A program made the translations under genes and the position numbers. Shown here piece after piece: positions 59,148 through 64,000 of a DNA stretch of 64,000 nt. Source of the stretch: Eledone cirrhosa (Eukaryota); NCBI GenBank assembly GCA_964016885.1, contig CAXHJY010001673.1:62001-126000 (forward strand), given 5' to 3'. The notes under the pieces were generated by a model. It was given only the letters and a program-made list of their open reading frames with translations, was not told where the DNA came from and ran no database searches. Every line of letters begins with the position of its first letter. Positions within the stretch are counted from its first letter, which is position 1.

Positions 59148-59208
<61 letters not shown>

Positions 59209-59323
59209 ATGTGTGTGTGGGTGTTTGTGTGGGTGTTTGTGTGTGTGTGTACTGTAATGTACGAACGCAAGTACAGAGCACTCAATACATTGTGAATAGA
59301 TTATAAGTGTATGTGTTTGCATG

Positions 59324-59475
<152 letters not shown>

Positions 59476-59597
59476 AAAAGAGTCAGGACCCCGACGGCTG
59501 AGCTCCGGCCGTTTCGGCAGATAGTTCCTTACAACACTACACTTCCTTCGATATATATATATATATATCTGTGTGTGTGTGTGTGTGCGTGTGCGTG

Positions 59598-59675
<78 letters not shown>

Positions 59676-60613
59676 CGTGCGTGTGTGTGTGTGTGTGTGT
59701 GTGTGCGTGCGTGCGTGCGTGTGCGTGTGTGTGTGTGTTTATGTGTGTGTGCTTAACGAGAAAAAAACCATATTTCCACCAACGTTAGTTGAACAAAATT
59801 GTCACCACTGAAACAAACAACAGCAAGCGTGGTCTTCATGTGAAAAATAATAACATGAATTTGAAGTCAATTTCCTCGGCTTAATTGATTGATATCTTAC
59901 TTACAACACTGACTGGGCCGGGCTGACATCCCCCTCCTTCTCCTACACGTCTTTTCTAAATGAAATATGTATCATCCTTGGAGTTAGAGGGAGACAGCAG
60001 CCTATGGGTATAGTTTTTGTTTAGCTCAGGATAGATCAGAAGATAGCTTGATAAATAGATATAGATAGATAAATAGAGAGGGTATGGAAAGATATTGAGA
60101 GAGTTAACTGATGATAGAATCAGACCACAGAGATAGAGAGAGAAGAAAAAAACATTGCGATATTTCAAGCAATTGGGAGTCTGACTCGTTATCCTAGTTT
60201 TCTTCATTCAACACTGTGTCATTTCATCACACGTATGCAATTTGTCATTTCGTATCCGTCAAACAGTCCACAGTGAACTCAATATTCTATTTATGTCCGA
60301 TATATTTAACTTGGTTAACTACTTAACACATTTCTGTCATGTTGTATATAGACTAATTCCTATCTCTCAACACCTTGGCGTTTAACTTGTCTGACCTGAC
60401 AAGTGGGCTATACTGTATAGCTACAGTATTGAGTCTACAGGGAATGTAAAATGTAGATGCAGTCACTTCACTCACAGCTCAACACATATTTTACTCACTG
60501 AATCAAAGTAGGCACTGAAAGTGAAAGGTTTGATTTGGTTCGGGAAGAAGAATTTGTTTTCATTGAATTACGTATATAACTTATGTATGTATATACGTGT
60601 ATACATCTATCTC

Positions 60614-60722
<109 letters not shown>

Positions 60723-60890
60723 TACATACACACACACACGCACACATATATATATCTCATATTTTTGTAATGATATATGTGTGTGTGTGTGTGTGTGTAT
60801 TCATATATATATATATTTATATATATGTGTATATATATATAAATATATTTATCAGTCTCTATCTTTCTCTCTGTCTATATATATATATAT

Positions 60891-61050
60891 ATATGAATAA
60901 AGTTAATCCTTCATCAGTGATCTTCCAACCATCATTGGTATTTCATCGCTTAAAGCGATGAAATACCAATGATGGTTGGAAGATCACTGATGAAGGACTA
61001 ACTTTATTCATATGTAGCCCATTAGCAACCACGCAGCACGTTTATTCTCA
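60891..61050 (+). mobile_element. Family H fold-back element
   Basis: Palindrome 60891-61013 centred on cgct-taa-agcg; homologous to 2801-2906 (-). Confidence 0.8.
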
Positions 61051-61145
61051 TATATATATATATATACACACATAAATACACCACACACATACATACATGC
61101 ATATACACACACATACACATACACATACATATATACACATATATA

Positions 61146-61226
<81 letters not shown>

Positions 61227-61583
61227 GAATAATCGAGTATCGAAAAATCGGCGCACGAGTTCACGATAAACAAAATTCGAGATGAGCGGCAGATATACGC
61301 AGGGCAAGGAAATACTTGATTTTGGTGTCCCAGTGCATATAGCTGACTCAGGCGTGTGAAACCCCTGGTCTTTGATATTAGGACATAATTCTAGGAGAAG
61401 GGTAACAAATATAAAACTTGCAACTAGATGCCAACTAATGACTTTGACTTGAACTGATCTTCCTTCGTTTTGGACACCGTTCACCCTTGTTCAGGAATGA
61501 ACCAGTGCAAGGCTTTCTTCATTTAAACAACTATATATATGGATGCTGGCCGACCGCCGCAACTTCTATTTTACTAACTCCAC

Positions 61584-61665
<82 letters not shown>

Positions 61666-61905
61666 GTATATGTATGTGTATGTATATGTATACACATATA
61701 TATGTGTGTGTGTGTGTGTATATGTGTGTGTGTATGTATGTGTGTATGTATATATATATATGTGTATGCATATGATTGTGTGTGTGTGTGTGTGTGTTTG
61801 CATGTGTGTTTATTTTTCCTTTCCTTCTTCCTTTTCCAGCCTCACTTTCATATAGATTATATTTTTGATTTTTAAAATCCAATACCAATAAATACACCAG
61901 GATTT

Positions 61906-61966
61906 TTTCATTCTGATGATTGAAAGCAAAATTTGTTTGCTTTTAAGAAAGCACTGGTAAATGAAA
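61906..61966 (+). ncRNA. Hammerhead ribozyme (family D)
   Basis: tttcatt-CTGATGA-ttgaaagcaaa-atttg-tttgcttttaa-GAAA-gcactgg-TA^-aatgaaa; one stem III mismatch. Confidence 0.75.
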
Positions 61967-62191
61967 TAATTGCCTTATGTTGTTTATTACATAACTATAT
62001 ATATATATATATATATAACAGATTAAAGTTTAAGCAAAGAAAAGCTTTCACTCTTAACAGAATCTTTTGAAACTAAAATAATCAATCTGAGAACGCAGAA
62101 GTAAATATTTCAAAAAACGTTGCAACCAGAGGAAGACAGAAAGACGATACTTTGGTTCGTGGAAACGTTCTCTGGCAAAGAACGGATAAAG

Positions 62192-62235
<44 letters not shown>

Positions 62236-62293
62236 TTTTAAGCTTGTTGAATCCCAACAAATTAAAAATAACCTCTGCATATATATATATATA

Positions 62294-62515
62294 TAACGAA
62301 GGAAATGTGGTAATGAACCAGGTGGACCATAACACACCAAAGTACTCAATACTTAGGGTAGTAGAGTGGGTACGAGTAGGACGAATAGGACTCCGACGGC
62401 TGAGCTCAAGCCGTTTCGACGGCTAATTCTAGACAGAATTAGCCGTCGAATTAGCCGTCCAGAATTAGCCGTCGAAACGGCTTGACCTCAGCCGTCGGGG
62501 TCCTACTCGTTCCTA
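62294..62515. mobile_element. Family A fold-back with triplicated gaattagccgtc at the junction
   Basis: Direct inspection; (TA)n flanks. Confidence 0.85.
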
Positions 62516-62674
62516 TATATAGATATATATATATATATTTATATATATATATATATTAATATATTATCTGTATTTATATAACCTACCTGACGCCCTTTGT
62601 ACTTTTATGGTCAGGAACCTGTGGACAGGACGTCATCTATGATATGCACAGTTGAAGCCATCCCAAACCATCCG

Positions 62675-62775
62675 CGAGGTTAACTTTGCCTTTCATCCTT
62701 ACGGGGTCGATAAAATAAAGTACCAGTAATGTACTGGGTAATTGCTGGCCTTGTGCCTAAAGTAGAAACAATTAT
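62675..62775 (+). mobile_element. SINE S1 3' half
   Basis: gaggttaactttgcctttcatccttacggggtcgataaaataaagtaccag. Confidence 0.85.
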
Positions 62776-62779
62776 GAGG

Positions 62780-63092
62780 TTCATCACAAACCGCAAACTA
62801 ATCGGCCATATGAAAATTGTTGATCTGCTCAAAGCGGCAAAAATAGTTCTTATGATGCGCATTATCAAAGGCGAAGTTCTGAAGTGGTAACACAAATGTC
62901 ATTTTTAAACATGTATGGATGGCGGAATTCAGGGTTAAAAAGATAGGGGTAGACAACAGAGGCACTGTGGAGACTGTCTAGAAATGGGCTGGTCTAAATT
63001 TATAAGAAATAAACGTTGCCACATAACATAGGAAACCTTTGAAGAAAGACTTGGGAGTGTTCAATCTGCCGCACGCGGAAAGAGCGAATGAT
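62780..63092 (+). mobile_element. Decayed RTE-clade LINE 3' end
   Basis: Translates MDGGIQG*KDRGRQQRHCGDCL, resembling the RTE G..EGKR.RGR.RRRW.D pattern. Confidence 0.45.
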
Positions 63093-63117
63093 TATATATA
63101 TATATGTATATAATCAG

Positions 63118-63171
<54 letters not shown>

Positions 63172-63176
63172 ATCAG

Positions 63177-63216
<40 letters not shown>

Positions 63217-63419
63217 ATCAGTAATTATATATATATATATATTTTTTTTCATTACCACTAAAAGGGGTCTAAGGAGCTGTGGATTACCAGAGTCGGGCTA
63301 GTAGATCGATACAGAACGACCCTTGAGCTGATCGGTGCCGAAACGTGCTTCACCAACCACTAAACGCAATGAAGGTGTAACCACTTGTCCTTGTTTTACT
63401 TTATATATATATATATATA

Positions 63420-63497
<78 letters not shown>

Positions 63498-63752
63498 AGT
63501 GTGTATTTATATATATATGTGTGTGTATGTACATATATATATGTGTGTATTTATAGATATATATATATATGTTGAAAAATGGATGAATAAACGTTTTAGA
63601 TATATAAAAAGACATCTAAAAGAAGAAAAGTATATTGAATTCTACAACTCTTCTATAGCTTGAAGCAGACGTGCAGTGCCAGGATGGACTTACATATTGA
63701 ACAACATGCATATATGATTACATATTCTAATACAATTTAGTGCAATAACAGA

Positions 63753-63811
<59 letters not shown>

Positions 63812-63883
63812 TATATTTTAATATATCATATATATATATTTGTATGTATGTACGTATATATATATATATATATTAATATATAT

Positions 63884-63941
<58 letters not shown>

Positions 63942-64000
63942 TATATATATATTAATATAATATATATATATATATGTATATATATATTAATATATATATA

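Overview
This is AT-rich, microsatellite-saturated eukaryotic DNA with no credible host protein-coding gene, so probably intergenic or intronic. The repeat content resembles a coleoid cephalopod (Octopus-like) genome; that is an inference from recalled SINE motifs and (TA)n/(CA)n/(GA)n density. Nearly all listed ORFs are translations of microsatellites. Recognisable mobile DNA: about 18 copies of a tRNA-derived SINE, 3' fragments of a Tx1-clade LINE stacked in (TATC)n, an R4/Dong-like RLE LINE fragment in (AAT)n, several RTE-clade 3' ends and one hAT-type MITE. The main unexplained structure is a dense population of 100-600 bp non-coding elements sitting mostly inside (TA)n tracts. Many are fold-back palindromes, and many carry hand-foldable type I hammerhead ribozymes (stem I-CUGANGA-stem II-GAAA-stem III-UH-stem I), often with a palindromic stem III. 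They fall into roughly 10 sequence families, some showing compensatory stem changes between copies. Two nearby segments encode a KPQLN motif like the end of a GIY-YIG endonuclease. They are best read as Penelope-like (PLE) pLTR remnants or retrozyme-like non-autonomous elements that target (TA)n. All folds were made by eye and coordinates are approximate to a few bases.
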